Assembly: GCA_011109175.1 (NCBI GenBank)
Contig: RDEW01000001.1
Coordinates: 623,182 to 656,181, forward strand
Source: Dicyema japonicum
Taxonomy: Eukaryota; Animalia; Dicyemida
Reading direction: 5' to 3'
Length of the DNA: 33,000 bases
The translations under genes and the position numbers were made by a program. Shown in pieces: positions 31,740 through 33,000 of this stretch (its first letter is position 1; every line of letters starts with the position of its first letter). The notes under the pieces were generated by a model that was not told the DNA's origin, did no database searches, and saw only the letters and a program-made list of their open reading frames with translations.

Positions 31740-33000
31740 TCTGTTCAAAGTAGTTTGCAATGTGTTCATAGCCGTCGCAACATGGCCTGATTAAAATCAC
31801 AGCCAGCAGATTCAAGAGAATTGTCCTTAATAAACCAGCTCACCTTTCTGACTATCCTCAATATCTCCAGAAAGCACATTAGGACTCCTTACAAGGAAAA
31901 CGAATCATTAACGTCCCCAGACATTACCCTCTGCTCTCAAAACCTTGCACCGGACACATCTTGGACGGTACATTATGAATTATCATCTGACCATAATCTG
32001 ACCATAATTAATTCTGACCATAACCATCATTATTCGCATCTAAAAGTTCTTTACTATAGGAAAGAGACTTTCATTTTTAACTATAAAAAAGAAAATTGGA
32101 GTGGCTATTCAAAATACTTCCCCTCTGCCTGAATAACGATTACGCACGAATTGGCGGTCAACTCAAAACTGGAGACTATCTTGAGGATATTCGTAAACGC
32201 GCGAAGAACAGAGCTAGATGGAGAGGGCTGACTGGGAGGATAGTCGAGTGTACGGCACGAGCGAAACCCTAGGCATTTTACGTGCTTATGGCAGTGCGGG
32301 AGTGCTATTAACTAACTATTCAAAATACATCAATCAAGCTCTACTAAACTTTGATAGATGAAGCTATAGACTTTTTGAATAAACTTATTCTCATGACGCG
32401 GAGAACATAAATTAATCGTGGATCATTTAAATTCTACAATGAAAAACTCTATCAGAACACTAAATTATTAAAGAAACCTCCTAAAAAGGCACATACTTTC
32501 TTTCCATGAGATAAAATTCGAACAAAAACTCTCAATGACGAAATATCAAAAAAGATTAGAAGAGCTAAAGCCAACAAATGGGAAAAATTAGTATCGTCCC
32601 TCCCGTTTCAGAAATCCGCTGAGGCCTCATGGAGAGAAATCAAACAAGTTGGCCCAAAAGGAAATTTGAACACAAGGCAACAGGCAGATCAGCACAGTCT
32701 TAACAAACTTATGAAATATTATGCCAGTATAAACCTACCTCCCATCCGAAGAAGGACTCTTCGGACGACGGCCTCTTCCCTATCTTAATCCCTTTTGGGT
32801 GAATGGGTATCTGATAATTCTCGCAGTGACATTGAACTTAATCCAGGCTCCCCACTCTCAATTCTAACGGCCAAAAGAAATTTTAAACATTAACAGCCCA
32901 AAAGCTTTTTTTACAGAAAAAAGACGGATCAGCACAGTCTTAACAAACTTATGAAATATTATGCCAGTATAAGCCACACAACTTTCAGGAAAATGAATTG
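31740..33000 (+). mobile_element. Decayed I/Jockey-like LINE (APE C-terminus and linker towards RT), carrying nested insertions
   Basis: TSPDITLCS...WTVHYELSSDHNLTII...FNYKKENWSGYSKY, later IRRAKANKWEKLVSSL. The 3' part matches 17410-17480. Confidence 0.8.
32118..32315 (+). mobile_element. 5'-truncated RTE insertion nested in the LINE, with 13-bp TSD CTATTCAAAATAC
   Basis: TSD at 32105-32117 and 32316-32328. Encodes LPSALNNDYARIGGQLKTGDYLEDIRKRAKNRARWRGL and ends GGAGTGCTATTAACTAA. Confidence 0.85.

Noticed and set aside
1-33000. CRISPR arrays, operons, rRNA or tRNA genes
   Set aside because: None seen; all tandem repeats are two-copy duplications without spacers, and the DNA is eukaryotic.

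Overview
AT-rich eukaryotic (animal) genomic DNA; no prokaryotic features. The ORF track is fragmentary because genes are split by very small spliceosomal introns. About 50 were reconstructed by hand, all 21-27 nt. Together with the metazoan gene set, this suggests a dicyemid mesozoan (inference). Seven genes were rebuilt exon by exon: COQ4 (+), a divergent ATG8/GABARAP-family gene (+), cytosolic carboxypeptidase AGBL4/CCP6 (-), cap-binding protein NCBP1/CBP80 (+), a tailless/TLX (NR2E) nuclear receptor (-), a compact CENP-C (-) and a cathepsin L-like protease (-). Between them lie decayed transposons (RTE, I/Jockey-like, CRE-like and RLE-type non-LTR elements; hAT ends) and about ten 92-215 bp tandem duplications that are probably assembly artefacts. 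Main points of interest: (1) 3' splice sites behave as if set by a length ruler, skipping AGs closer than about 20 nt; two NCBP1 introns with no AG in the window appear to end in AT and TG. (2) The palindrome CACGTG (mostly ACACGTGG) is strongly over-represented, including inside exons. (3) The CENP-C motif has lost the conserved YW pair. (4) One retroelement endonuclease resembles microsporidian elements. All gene models and counts are manual and need RNA-seq or computational confirmation.
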